The notes under the pieces are model-generated. The model did no database searches and was not told the origin of the DNA. It worked only from the letters and a program-made list of their open reading frames with translations. Of a stretch of 64,000 nt of DNA, positions 10,937 to 21,408 are shown one piece after another. Source of the DNA: an uncultured Acidobacteriota bacterium (GTDB lineage: Bacteria; Acidobacteriota; Terriglobia; UBA7540). The stretch is taken from contig CAWDSK010000003.1 of assembly GCA_963804995.1 (NCBI GenBank), forward strand, positions 32,001 through 96,000. The letters are read 5' to 3'. Position numbers and translations under genes: made by a program. Every line of letters starts with the position of its first letter. The stretch's first letter is position 1.

Positions 10937-11056
10937 GCGTGTTTAGACTTCCAGAGGCGAACCCGTGCTAAGCTAAGATGCCAAAACTGGCAAGGTCAAG
11001 GAGATGCGACGGGGCCGAACGACTCCCGGCAGGGCGCTTCTCCGGAAAGGAGGCAC

Positions 11057-11800
11057 GTGCAACTTTTACGGGACATACCCAAAAGTTTGATTTTGGGTGT
11101 TGTATTCACCGGGACTCTTATAGGCGCCGCCTCGAAGGAGCGTCCACCCCAAACCGCGCAGGTAACCATTCAGGCCGCCGCCGCTTGCACGGTGGAATTG
11201 GATGACAAGGCGGCAGGCGCGACGGACGCCAAGGGATTTCTCCTCATCACAGATGTCGACCCCGGAGATCACTACCTGCATATTGGCTGTCCCGGGAAGA
11301 CTGAGGCGGCGTTTTTCATCTCGCCTCATCCCAATGAAAACCTCTTGCTTCCGATCTCGAAGGCGCCTGCGCCCGTCGAGCCGGCCGCCGGGGATCCCAC
11401 CAGCGTTGAGGACCGCCAGGTTGAGCTGCGCCGCCTGGTCCAGCAGGCCGTGCAATTTCGCGGCCAAGGACACCTCAACGAAGCGGTGGCCTCTTTGCGC
11501 GAAGCCTTTAAGCTCAACCCGGAGAATTCCGACCTCCACCGCGAGCTGGGTATTACCTTTCTGCTGAATAAGGATTGGAAGCGCGCCCGGGTGGAAATGA
11601 TTGAGGCGATCCGGCATGATCAGGCCGACGCAGACGCCCACAACGGCCTGGGATACGCGCTGGAAAAGCTCGGAGACCTCGACGGCGCCATCAAGGAATA
11701 TCGCATTGCCACCCACCTTGACCCCGACAACTCAACCTACCGCACGCACTATCTCGACGCCCTCGTAAAAGGGACCGCACGCCAGCAAGCCAAAAAGTAG
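11057..11800 (+). CDS. Secreted TPR-repeat protein
   Basis: Signal-like N-terminus; TPR motifs such as AHNGLGYALEKLGDLDGAIKEY...LDP. Confidence 0.85.
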   Translation: MQLLRDIPKSLILGVVFTGTLIGAASKERPPQTAQVTIQAAAACTVELDDKAAGATDAKGFLLITDVDPGDHYLHIGCPGKTEAAFFISPHPNENLLLPISKAPAPVEPAAGDPTSVEDRQVELRRLVQQAVQFRGQGHLNEAVASLREAFKLNPENSDLHRELGITFLLNKDWKRARVEMIEAIRHDQADADAHNGLGYALEKLGDLDGAIKEYRIATHLDPDNSTYRTHYLDALVKGTARQQAKK

Positions 11801-11807
11801 ACTGCCA

Positions 11808-12869
11808 TCAAGACGCCACGGCCCGGCGCGGCACGCCGACCACTTCGCTCAGAACCTGAAGTGCGCGCTCGCAGCCGGCGCGATCCACATCCAGGTGAGT
11901 GACCATGCGCATCCTTTGTGGGCTCTGGCCATTGGCGAGCACGCCCTGCGCTTTCAGGCGCTTGGAAATTTCGGTCGATGTTAGCCCCGTGCCCGTGACA
12001 TCGAAGAACAGGATGTTAGTGACGACCTTGGAGGGATCGATTTTGATCCCGGGAATTTCCGCCAGCCCCTCGGCGAGGAACTTGGCGTTGGCGTGGTCGA
12101 TGTGCAGGCGCTTGGGACCTTCTTCGAGCGCGATGAGCCCCGCGGCCGCCAAGACTCCCACTTGCCGCATCCCGCCGCCCAGCATCTTGCGCACGACGCG
12201 CGCTTCCTCGATGAATTCTTTGCTACCCACCAGCATGGAGCCGACCGGTGCGCCCAGTCCTTTGGAAAGACAGAACATCACGGAGTCAAACCCCTTCGAC
12301 AATTCCGCCACGGACCGTCCCAGCGTCACGCCGGCGTTAAAGATTCGCGCCCCATCCAGATGCACAGGCAAGCCCGCGGCGTGTCCGCGCGTGACAATGT
12401 TACTGGAAACTTCGAACGGATAGACGGTGCCGCCCGCGTGGTTCGAAGTGTTTTCAATCTCAATCAACCCGGTGCGGGCGCGGTGGTCGTTCCGCCCGCG
12501 AATGTGGGGAGCGATCATATCCCACGTCAGGATCCCGCCTTCCACCTGAATGGTACGCGGCAAGACCCCGGAGAACGCCGCCACCGTCGCCATTTCATAC
12601 TCGTAAATGTGGCAGCGTGCTTCACAAATCACTTCCTGCCCATGACGCGTATGAACCTTGATAGCCGTCTGGTTTCCCATCGTCCCTGACGCCACGTAGA
12701 GGCCTGCCTCCCGCCCGAAGATTTCAGCCGCACGCTCCTGCAGGCGGTTGACGGTGGGATCATCGCGGTAGACATCGTCGCCCACTTCCGCTTCGTACAT
12801 GGCCTTGCGCATCGCGAGCGAAGGTTTTGTAACCGTGTCGCTCCGTAAATCCACAATCGGTGTTGGCAT
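11808..12869 (-). CDS. ltaE: Low-specificity L-threonine aldolase
   Basis: DLRSDTVT, VGDDVY, SGTMGN, HLDGARIFN, CLSKGLGAPVGS. Confidence 0.95.
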   Translation of the reverse strand: MPTPIVDLRSDTVTKPSLAMRKAMYEAEVGDDVYRDDPTVNRLQERAAEIFGREAGLYVASGTMGNQTAIKVHTRHGQEVICEARCHIYEYEMATVAAFSGVLPRTIQVEGGILTWDMIAPHIRGRNDHRARTGLIEIENTSNHAGGTVYPFEVSSNIVTRGHAAGLPVHLDGARIFNAGVTLGRSVAELSKGFDSVMFCLSKGLGAPVGSMLVGSKEFIEEARVVRKMLGGGMRQVGVLAAAGLIALEEGPKRLHIDHANAKFLAEGLAEIPGIKIDPSKVVTNILFFDVTGTGLTSTEISKRLKAQGVLANGQSPQRMRMVTHLDVDRAGCERALQVLSEVVGVPRRAVAS

Positions 12870-13178
12870 ATTTTTTCACTCCAGTAAGCATGAAATCCGA
12901 CCCATTATACCGGGTGCCGGGTGGTGATTCAATTTGCGCCGGTCTTACGCCACTTTTTGGCGAAATAATCTCAGGGCGGTCAAAACTAGCGAGCGATCCC
13001 AGTGTTTGATGGGCTTCGCCCCACCGCTGTGCGGAAGGGCTCGGCCCTTCCGGGGCCGAACCCAGATTTTCTCCTTCCTTCGCGCCGCCTGGAAGGGTAT
13101 CCCTTCCAGGCGGCGCAGATGAGGTTTATGGTTTACCTCAGCAACGAAAAGGCGCAGAAGCTGTGAAAATATCCCGTT

Positions 13179-13243
13179 GTAGCGGCGGTCTCCGACGGCC
13201 GGCTTTGAGAATCAGCCAATTCGGCGGTCATAGACCGCCGCTA
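13179..13243. repeat. GTAG-type REP doublet, interrupted at its 3' CTA|C by the group II intron
   Basis: GTAGCGGCGGTCTCCGACGGCCG...CGGCGGTCATAGACCGCCGCTA; same family as the interior of 10827-10936. Confidence 0.8.
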
Positions 13244-14001
13244 GTGTGCCTGAGAGCGCACACGACCGGAGAGGTGAAAGTCCTCTCCAAGTAGACGTAA
13301 CTTGTAACCAACTGCAACTGCGTCGTGGTGACAGGGGGTGGGGAGCAGCAGGAGGTGAACGGCCAGTCCGTACGATAAGAAACTCGATTCGGCCGGTGAG
13401 GCGTGGCGAGCCTGCTAGCGAATGGCGAAGCCCCGAGTTCCCATAGGGAAGCAATCTTGGTTCGATCCGCCGACAGGTAACGTGCCTTGGCGAGACGGAG
13501 CGCACGCAGGTGGTTGGAGACGGAATGGTCGGAAGGTCGGGTGCGTGAATCAGGGAGACCTGTTCGCGTGGAGCCGAAGGGGTGGCCGCTGGGAAGAGCC
13601 CGAGCACTGCCAGGACGGCGCGAGCAGGAGTCAGAGCGTCCATAAGAGCGACGAAGGGCCGTAATGGGTCTGGAGCGAAGGGACGCAGGAAGGTGGATGA
13701 GGAACTTCGGAGGAACGGGGATACCCCCACGGCCAAGTGCCTTCGGGCTAAACCGCACGTGGGCTCGACTCGCCATCGCTGGAGCCGAGCACCTGAACCT
13801 TGGGAGTTCATCATAGTGGTGGCCCTCTGCGGAGGGCGCGGCTTCTCGCCGATCCTCCGGTGCCTTCTCCTGGGCCTCGGTTGGACCGACATCACTCCTC
13901 TTCGAGGTAAAACCACCGACTGGAGAGCCGGATGCGGGAGATCCGCCTGTCCGGTTCGGAGGGAGGGGGGACCGAACTCAATCGGTTCTCCCTACCCCTA
14001 T
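13244..14001 (+). mobile_element. ORF-less group II intron (~758 nt)
   Basis: 5' GTGTG end. Domain V GAGCCGGATGCGGGAGATCCGCCTGTCCGGTTC (AGC triad) at ~13925-13957. Domain VI ending CCTACCCCTAT. No RT ORF in the ~220-nt domain IV. Removing it restores GACCGCCGCTA|CAA. Confidence 0.92.
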
Positions 14002-14010
14002 CAACACCAA

Positions 14011-15192
14011 TCAAACTGTAACAAACTCTTGAAATATCTCGTTTGAAACCAGGCACGAGTGAGGGCATAGGCGCACGCGGTCGCCTTCCCACGCCAGCCA
14101 TCCCGCCTGTGTCAGAGATTGTATCTTGTCTTCCCATGGTTTGATGCGGCGACCTCCCCAGCGTTCACGCGCCCACGACAGGTCGACGCCTTCGAGCTGT
14201 CGCAACCCCAGGAAGAAGAACTCTTCCACCTGTTCCTCAGGCGCAAGAGTGTGGCAATCCTCGATTGGCGAGTGCGCTCCACCCAAGATGGTCATATAGC
14301 TGCGGGCGTCAACATGATTCGCCCAGCGGCGCGCGCCGTCGAAAGAATGAGCGCCAGCCCCGAAACCGACATAGGGGGCGAGCCGCCAGTATTTTCGATT
14401 ATGGCGGGACTCATAACTGGGCAGTGCGAAGTTTGAAATCTCGTACTGGATGTAGCCCTCCGCGGCGAGGAATTCACGTCCGGACTCATAGGCGTCCACC
14501 ATGAACTGTTCGTCCGGTACTGCCTCGGCGTCATAACGATTTCCCTGGTGGACGACTTCCCTGCCCAGCCGGCTCTTCTCATCGATCTCAAAAAGGTAAA
14601 GCGAAATATGTTCAGGCCGAAGCCGGGCTGCCGCCTCCAGAGTGCGGTGAAAGGAGGTCGCCGACTGGTGAGGCAGCCCGGCAATCACATCCAGGCTGAG
14701 GTTGGTGATCCCTGCTTCCCGGGCGCGACCCACCAGCTCCACGCTGTCCGCGGCCGAGTGCAACCGTCCGACCGCGCGCAGTTCGCGGTCATCGAACGTC
14801 TGCGCGCCGATGCTCAAGCGGTTCACGCCCAAGCGTCGCAGCGACTGAAGCAGACCCGCCTCCGCCGACCCGGGAGTGGTTTCGAGAGTGAACTCGATGT
14901 CACTACTGAATTCGAGTTGCGCACGCAAGGTCCCCACAACCTGCACCAGACGCTCGGCGCCCAGCAGCGTTGGTGTGCCCCCGCCGAAATAAACCGAGTC
15001 CACAGAAAGTTTCAGGGTTTCGTGTGAAATGGCGCGTTCGGCATAGAAGCCCGCCAAACCTGTGATTTCAGCCTGGAGACTGCGGGTGTACTGATCGAAG
15101 ATGCTACTCCGTTCCACACCTGAGCTGAAATTGCAGAAACTGCACTTCGAGGCACAGAATGGAATCTGGATGTAAACGCCGAGGGTTGCCAT
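14011..15192 (-). CDS. hemW: Radical SAM heme chaperone HemW
   Basis: IPFCASKCSFC, YFGGGTPT, RLSIGAQ, QYEISNFA, HN..YW. Confidence 0.92.
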   Translation of the reverse strand: MATLGVYIQIPFCASKCSFCNFSSGVERSSIFDQYTRSLQAEITGLAGFYAERAISHETLKLSVDSVYFGGGTPTLLGAERLVQVVGTLRAQLEFSSDIEFTLETTPGSAEAGLLQSLRRLGVNRLSIGAQTFDDRELRAVGRLHSAADSVELVGRAREAGITNLSLDVIAGLPHQSATSFHRTLEAAARLRPEHISLYLFEIDEKSRLGREVVHQGNRYDAEAVPDEQFMVDAYESGREFLAAEGYIQYEISNFALPSYESRHNRKYWRLAPYVGFGAGAHSFDGARRWANHVDARSYMTILGGAHSPIEDCHTLAPEEQVEEFFFLGLRQLEGVDLSWARERWGGRRIKPWEDKIQSLTQAGWLAWEGDRVRLCPHSCLVSNEIFQEFVTV

Positions 15193-15262
15193 TTGCCTGA
15201 TTGGATAGGCCCGGTTTTACAAAATGTTGTTCTCAGGTCGCGGCGGGCGGCGCCCTACCGCT

Positions 15263-15709
15263 TCAGTCGGCGACGACTTTGATGCGTATCTCGCGCCGGC
15301 GCGGACCATCAAACTCGCACAGAAACACACCCTGCCATCGCCCGAGGATGAGCCGCCCGTTTTCAACCAGTAATGACTTGGAGTTTCCGATCACCGCCGC
15401 CTTCAAGTGGGCATCACAATTTCCATCGTTGTGGTGGTATTCACGGTCACGCGGGGCCAACTGCTTCAGGAAATTGTCGAGATCTTTTTGCAGGGCAGGA
15501 TCGTCATTCTCGTTGATCAGGATGGCGGAGGTAGTATGCGGCACAAAAAGGAAACAAGTGCCGCTTTGCACTCCGGACTCCGTCACCACCTTCTGAACCA
15601 GGTCCGTGATGTCCTTGAACTCCACCCGCGCGCGGGTCTCAATTTGCGCAGTATGGAGCCGCGCCGGGGTTCGCCCGGCGGGAATCACTCTGCCGACTTC
15701 AGATGACAT
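15263..15709 (-). CDS. yjbQ: YjbQ/UPF0047 family protein
   Basis: HTT..I.INEN.DP, N.DAHLK, LGRWQGVFLCEFDGPR. Confidence 0.92.
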   Translation of the reverse strand: MSSEVGRVIPAGRTPARLHTAQIETRARVEFKDITDLVQKVVTESGVQSGTCFLFVPHTTSAILINENDDPALQKDLDNFLKQLAPRDREYHHNDGNCDAHLKAAVIGNSKSLLVENGRLILGRWQGVFLCEFDGPRRREIRIKVVAD

Positions 15710-15783
15710 GGGTCTTCACCTATGCACGTGGCGTCGCATAACCCCAGCTTTGGACAATTGGCCAGCGGCTTGCCACCTTGGTC

Positions 15784-15862
15784 GTAGGGGTACGGCTTGC
15801 CGTACCCTCTTCACTTTTATCGCGCACCCGAACCAAGCGGGTACGTAAAGCCGTACCCCTAC
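15784..15862. repeat. GTAG REP doublet (inverted pair)
   Basis: GTAGGGGTACGGCTTGCCGTACCC...GGGTACGTAAAGCCGTACCCCTAC; related to 61256-61352. Confidence 0.8.
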
Positions 15863-15880
15863 AACTCCGCGCCGCCCTCA

Positions 15881-17303
15881 CTAGGCGGCTTTGGCCTTTT
15901 GGAGCGCCTCCGTCAACGCCGGGGGCATGGGCGGAATCACCGCCACTGGGGTCACGGTTTTCTTCACCAGCTCCGCGGTACGTTTGATGTTCAGCTTCTC
16001 AAACAGGAAACCAAACTTACTCTCCAAATCGCTCCCAATCCTCTTCCGCACGTCCGCCGGCAGCTCCCAGAACTTTCGCTTAAAGGGACCGAACGCCTTC
16101 TTTCGGGTCTTGTAAATGAATTGCTCGTCAGTATCGCTTGCCTTCTTTTCATCCGCACAAGTCTTGCGCAGGTACTTGTATACTTCTTCCTTAAGGTTGG
16201 CTGGGAAAGCGGGATTCTCATAGATCAGGTTTTGAAATTCTGTTGCCAGATGGACTTCCGCGGTGTCACACTCCGCAAATCGATGGAAGGCGTCTGACGG
16301 CAGAGTGGAAGCGCCATGTTGCACGGCTCCGGCCATTCCATAGCGGTCACGGGCCAGCGCCGAAAGTGTACGCAGGGTTTCGAAATCGATAGCCACTTGG
16401 GCGATGCTGCCATCCGGCATGACAACGCCCCCGTGAGTTGTCCCCGATTGCACGCTGATCTTGGACAGTCCCTTCTTCTTCCCCGCGAGCTTCGAAGAGG
16501 GCGGCCTGGAAACCGTCCATGTAGGCGCTCAGTTCCTCCACTGTGGAATTCTGTTTGCCGACTTCGCCAATTTCGCCGCCCAGGGAAATCGTAACTCCCT
16601 GAGGCTCGATCGAACGCACGAAGGTCGCGAGCTTGGCGCTGTTCTCAAAATTCGCGCGCTGCTGCTCATGCACTCCGGGTTTGCTGAGGTCGACCAGCGT
16701 GGAGGTGTCGATGTCGATGTTGTAGTACCCCGCCGCCACCGATTCCTGGCAGAAGTCGCGGATTCCCTGACGCTCACCCTCCGGATCCTTGGCATACTTG
16801 TTGGCGTTGGCCTGGTAGTGGTCACCCTGAATGAAGAGCGGGCCTGCGTACCCTTCCCGCAGGGCCGCAGCCACCACAACGCCGGCAAATTCCGCGGGCT
16901 TCTGTCCCGTGTATTTACTCTCCGAACGCGCCAGCTCAAAAACGAAGGCTCCGGCTTTTAGGTTCATGGCAGCCCGCAAGACGGCGCGGGCAACGTCGTA
17001 GCTGAGGCCACGAATGTTAATCGCGGGTACCGTAAAACCCGAGAATTCTTTTCTTCCCCGGGCTTCATAAAGGCCCTGAATGGAGGAAGGGATAACGCCC
17101 AGCTCCAGGGCGGCGCGGCGGATGATCCAGCAGGCCGCGGAGCGTACCTCCTCAGTCTCTCCGAAGACCAGGTTCCAAACCAGTAGATCCAAAGTTTGTG
17201 AAGTAAACTTGTGGGGATTCTTTAAAACGATACCACCGGTTTCAGAAATATCATATACGCCACGGTCGCGAAGCAGCAAATCGAGCGGGGAACGCGCATT
17301 CAT
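15881..17303 (-). CDS. Class II fructose-bisphosphate aldolase; frameshift near 16492, probably a sequencing error
   Basis: FIQGDH, NIDIDTS, GGEIGEVG upstream; SKISVQSGTTHGG, VQHGASTLP, EVHLATEFQN downstream. Confidence 0.88.
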
Positions 17304-17416
17304 GATGACCTCTCCTCATTTGTATGACGCTCGAAACATAATTCTGCATTATAGCAGACCATCCGAGGGAGGGTTTTGTTAATGGCACAAATCCAGGGGG
17401 TGGATCGAGAAAGGTC

Positions 17417-19042
17417 TCAGTATTTTAGGGTTTGATGATCCGAGCAACGCGTTTGGATATGGGCCAGAAGAGAATCCAAAAGCCCATAGCCAGCGCGCCC
17501 GAGAAAATAAACTCCACCTACGCGGCGTTCCTGAAGGTCCTTGTGCGGCATGAGGAATCGTTGCAAAGCCTGCTGGTGGCGAGCCAGGAGATCTGACCGA
17601 CCCAGTGCGGCGCGAGTCAGCTTACCGCGCAGCCGGTCCATTTGGTATTTCATCTTTTCCTTCGTGTTCGCAAGCGTATCCAATAGGGTGGGATCCAGCC
17701 TCTCGATGTCCGCGTGCAGACGATTCAGCAGTTGATCAAGATCGCGCTCGCCTTGATCGAAACGTTCCGACCAACCTTCGGCCAGACCCCCGGCGGCAAT
17801 TTTGCGACTCAGGTGTTCCTCACCCTGCCAAACGTCCACCGGGCTCAGCTTGTACTTGTCCATCAAGCGGTCCGTGCGAGAGTCCACCAGCGTAAAAGCC
17901 GCCCGGGGAAACACCACAGGTTGCGGCCGGCCGAAAGTATGGTAAAGCGCCTGCGCCTGCCCCAGATAGGCCAACTCCGACGGGCCAGCAACGTACGAGA
18001 GCGTCGGCAGGAGCGTATCCTGAATCACGGGTCGCAGCAACACGTTGGGTGAGAAGTCGAGTGGCTGCGCCCCCAGCCAGGATTGGAGTTTGGCGAGCGA
18101 TACTTCTGCGTTGCCGTCGAGGAATAACCTGCCTTCCCGCTGGTGAAGCGGCACGCGATCTCCCTGCTGGGTCACAAAAACCAGCGTTGAGTCATCAGCC
18201 ACGTGCACTTGGGCATGATAACCTCGCTGGACCAGAGCGTGCGAGCGCTCCTGCACCTGGGCGCGGATTTCAGCAGCCCTATCTATCGCTTGCGCGTACA
18301 CGCCTCTGCTGAGTTTGTGCACAGATTCGTCCAAAGGGTCCAGCAGAATAACGCCCCAGCGGCCGAAGAGGCAGGTCATGAACTTCGCAAAGCTGTGGCC
18401 CCACGTGATACCCGACTGAAAACATTCCCGCAGGTCTTCCAATAAACGCGTGCGCGCCTCACCCTCCGGCAGCGTCGACTCCAGTTGCTGGATCGCCGCA
18501 CCGACCTCGGCAGTATGTCGCACTTGGCCCACTGGAGATCGTGGTGAAGGCCGCTCCCCAGAGTCGCGCAACGGAATCAATTCATATTCGTCGCTGAAGG
18601 TGGTTGTTTCCTGAACCTCGGCCAAGTCGTGGTCTTCTGTGGCTAGCCAGAAAACCGGGACGCACGGGAGACCCTGGTCAGAAAGCGACTGCGCCAGGCG
18701 GACCGTGGTGAGAGCTTTGTACAGAGTGAATGCCGGTCCGGAAAACAGTCCTACTTGTTGCCCTGTCACGATGGCGAAAGTTCCAGGGGTCCGGAGGCGC
18801 TGGAGGTTTGCCAGCGTGGGTTCCCCGCAACCAAATGTGCGGTTCTGAGCCGTGAGAATATCCACGATTTCGCCACGCTCGCCCTCGAACCCGCGGAGTT
18901 GCGCCGCTACCTCATGATAGCTTTCCGGATTGTAAGGAGAGCCATTGTAGAACTGGCTGACGCGATCGTAGTGGTAGAGGTAATCAATCAGTAGAGCGCT
19001 GGAGTGCGGGACTTGCGTGTAAGGGATGCATGTCGCTGTCAT
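17417..19042 (-). CDS. bshC: Bacillithiol biosynthesis cysteine-adding enzyme
   Basis: VTGQQVGLFSGP, PVFWLATEDHD, FSPNVLLRP, GPSELAY, LQER. Confidence 0.93.
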   Translation of the reverse strand: MTATCIPYTQVPHSSALLIDYLYHYDRVSQFYNGSPYNPESYHEVAAQLRGFEGERGEIVDILTAQNRTFGCGEPTLANLQRLRTPGTFAIVTGQQVGLFSGPAFTLYKALTTVRLAQSLSDQGLPCVPVFWLATEDHDLAEVQETTTFSDEYELIPLRDSGERPSPRSPVGQVRHTAEVGAAIQQLESTLPEGEARTRLLEDLRECFQSGITWGHSFAKFMTCLFGRWGVILLDPLDESVHKLSRGVYAQAIDRAAEIRAQVQERSHALVQRGYHAQVHVADDSTLVFVTQQGDRVPLHQREGRLFLDGNAEVSLAKLQSWLGAQPLDFSPNVLLRPVIQDTLLPTLSYVAGPSELAYLGQAQALYHTFGRPQPVVFPRAAFTLVDSRTDRLMDKYKLSPVDVWQGEEHLSRKIAAGGLAEGWSERFDQGERDLDQLLNRLHADIERLDPTLLDTLANTKEKMKYQMDRLRGKLTRAALGRSDLLARHQQALQRFLMPHKDLQERRVGGVYFLGRAGYGLLDSLLAHIQTRCSDHQTLKY

Positions 19043-19293
19043 GAGAATCTCATATGCTACACGGTCTGACGTTTGGCGGCAATACCCCAAAAACTGATTG
19101 AGCCAGCGGGCGGCGCAAGAAACCAGATAGCATTCTGCGTCAAAGATTAGATGTGCAGGGATACAACGGGTTACAAGATGAAAAGCAATCAGGAGATAAG
19201 TCGCAGTGTTTGGCCAAGGTTCGGGGGGTTCCTACTTTTGGACCTCCCCTCCTCCCATCGAAGGAGGGGAGCTAGTGATTCTCTTGTTACACC

Positions 19294-20079
19294 TCAGACC
19301 CCAGCGACGCGCGCCTCCAGGGGATCCCCAGTGACCGAAAGATGGACCTTGCTTCCGCCGTTAGCGGGCTGGCGGGATTCAACCTGCCATTGTCCTTGCG
19401 AGTTCCTCAGAATGTAGTGTTGACGAATGGCGAGTTCCTTCACTTGGGAGCTACGAAACTTCACGTAGGCTTCTGCTGTGCCCTCATGGAATTTTACTTC
19501 CTCAACTTCCAAATCCATGTTGCTAAAAGGACCTTGTGGTAGGTTGCGAACATGATGCGCAATGGCCGCGGGAATCTCCAAGGTTGCAGCAAGGTTGTGT
19601 GCCGATAAGGTAATGTCCTGAAAGGAGGGCTGGTTCGGCTTAACCGCCTCAAAGGTTGCCAAGGGCCGCGCGATTTCTGGTGGGGAAGGTTTCGTGGCCA
19701 TTTGAGTTTTGGGCGCAGGAGTCTTTGGTGGAATCCGGCCTTCGCCCCGCGGAGTCTTCAGGAAGGTATCTAACTCCCGCTCGATTTGAGCGATGCCTTT
19801 CTCATGATGTTCCCGAGCTTTGCGCAGGCGCCAGTCTACGATGGGCTGTGCTAAGTAGCCGCCCACCACGAGGAACGGTTTCCACGGCAGAAGGATGAAG
19901 AACACTACTGCTGCGCATCCCCAAAAGCCATAGAGCGCCAATGCACAGACCAATACCGCCTGCAAGGCAACTCGAATTTCCGACTCATTCGTAATCATTT
20001 TCCTCTCACCTCTCGCGCGCGACTCCATGTAACTGGAGCGCGTTTCTGGATTCTCGGCTGCCGCGTTTGCCGTTTTCAA
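19294..20079 (-). CDS. Hypothetical membrane-anchored protein
   Basis: 261-aa ORF with hydrophobic N-terminal segments filling the gap; no motif recognised. Confidence 0.55.
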   Translation of the reverse strand: MKTANAAAENPETRSSYMESRARGERKMITNESEIRVALQAVLVCALALYGFWGCAAVVFFILLPWKPFLVVGGYLAQPIVDWRLRKAREHHEKGIAQIERELDTFLKTPRGEGRIPPKTPAPKTQMATKPSPPEIARPLATFEAVKPNQPSFQDITLSAHNLAATLEIPAAIAHHVRNLPQGPFSNMDLEVEEVKFHEGTAEAYVKFRSSQVKELAIRQHYILRNSQGQWQVESRQPANGGSKVHLSVTGDPLEARVAGV

Positions 20080-20480
20080 TCCCTACATCATCCTCTGCCC
20101 GCCGCGTCAAACCATAATCTTGGTGGCGGCACATTCTTCGATTTCCGACCGCCCAGGGCATGTTTGTTCCCTCTCTGGGCAAATCTTGCCGAGCTCTGAC
20201 CTCTATCTATTGGCTCTGCAAGCATGCACCAGCCATTGGAGCAAGACGCATGCCAATCCCTTGCCTGGATTTTTCACCACGCTTGGACACTTTTTCGAGA
20301 CAGCGGGAAGCGCACCACACCCGAGCCGGAAACGAAAGGTCAAAACGCAGGAAGGTAAAAATATGGTGGGACAACGCCCGCTACGGCCCTCGGAGAGCAA
20401 CATCTGGGACAGCCCCACGTGGACAAAACGTCGCAGGCCTGGGCAAGCAGAGTAGGAGATCCGGGCGGGGTGGGCCCGTC

Positions 20481-21395
20481 CTAAATGTCCAATCCCGCAC
20501 GGGCCTCGCGGAGGGCAGCAGCAATTTCTTTTTTGGCTTGGCGGGAAACTGGCAGCAAGGGAAGCCGCGGGGTTCCTCCGTGGGAACCAGTTAAATCGAC
20601 AGCGGCTTTGATGCCGGCCACGCTGTAAGGAATGGCGATTTTCTGTGCCAGGGGCAGGAATCTTTCCTGCAGTTCGCGCGCTTCCTTGGCTCGCTTGTGC
20701 AGGATTGCTTCGTAGAGCGCCACGCAGAGGGTGGGAACAAAATTAGCCTGGCTCAGTACGCCTCCCGTCCCGCCCGCCAGCAAGCCGTCATACAATATTG
20801 AGACGGAGCCGATCAGCACACGGAAACCAGGTCGGACCTTGTGCAGAACAGCGCGCACAAAATCCAGTTTCCCGGAGCTTTCTTTCAGTCCGACAACGTT
20901 CGGCAATCGCGAGAGCTTGCCAATCGTCTCCGGGTCAACAAAGAGGCCGGTGAACTGCGGAATGGAGTAAACCAACACCGGGCGTGAGACCCCTGCCCCC
21001 ACGGCGCGATAATGGGCCACCAGCGCCGCGGCATCCATGCGCGGCTTATAGTAATTAGGAGTGACGACCAGCAACGCATCCGCGCCGCGCGCCACGACTT
21101 CGCGGCTGAGGCGCACGGTGGCGGCAGTGCTCTCCAAGCCTGTCCCCACCAGCAGGAGTTCCGGAGCCTTCACCACTTGCCGCGCCACTTCGACCAGGCG
21201 CAGCCGTTCGCTTTCGGTAAGGTACGGCGCCTCCCCGGTCGAACCCGCCACCAGGATTCCGGAAAGCCCGCACCCGGAAAGGCGGCTGAGGTTCTCACGA
21301 AAGAACCCTTCGTCGACGTCACCCCGCCGATTAAACGGTGTTACGACGGGCGCAAATACGCCCTTCAAGTTTTTGATGATTTGATCACGGGTCAT
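20481..21395 (-). CDS. Dihydrodipicolinate synthase (DapA)-family aldolase
   Basis: VTPF, GSTGE, LVYSIPQFTG, VGLKESSG. Confidence 0.9.
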   Translation of the reverse strand: MTRDQIIKNLKGVFAPVVTPFNRRGDVDEGFFRENLSRLSGCGLSGILVAGSTGEAPYLTESERLRLVEVARQVVKAPELLLVGTGLESTAATVRLSREVVARGADALLVVTPNYYKPRMDAAALVAHYRAVGAGVSRPVLVYSIPQFTGLFVDPETIGKLSRLPNVVGLKESSGKLDFVRAVLHKVRPGFRVLIGSVSILYDGLLAGGTGGVLSQANFVPTLCVALYEAILHKRAKEARELQERFLPLAQKIAIPYSVAGIKAAVDLTGSHGGTPRLPLLPVSRQAKKEIAAALREARAGLDI

Positions 21396-21408
21396 CGGCT
21401 TGTCCCTC

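Noticed and set aside
13212..14046. ORFs of 154-234 aa over the intron
   Set aside because: No RT or maturase motifs; incidental frames across structured GC-rich RNA.
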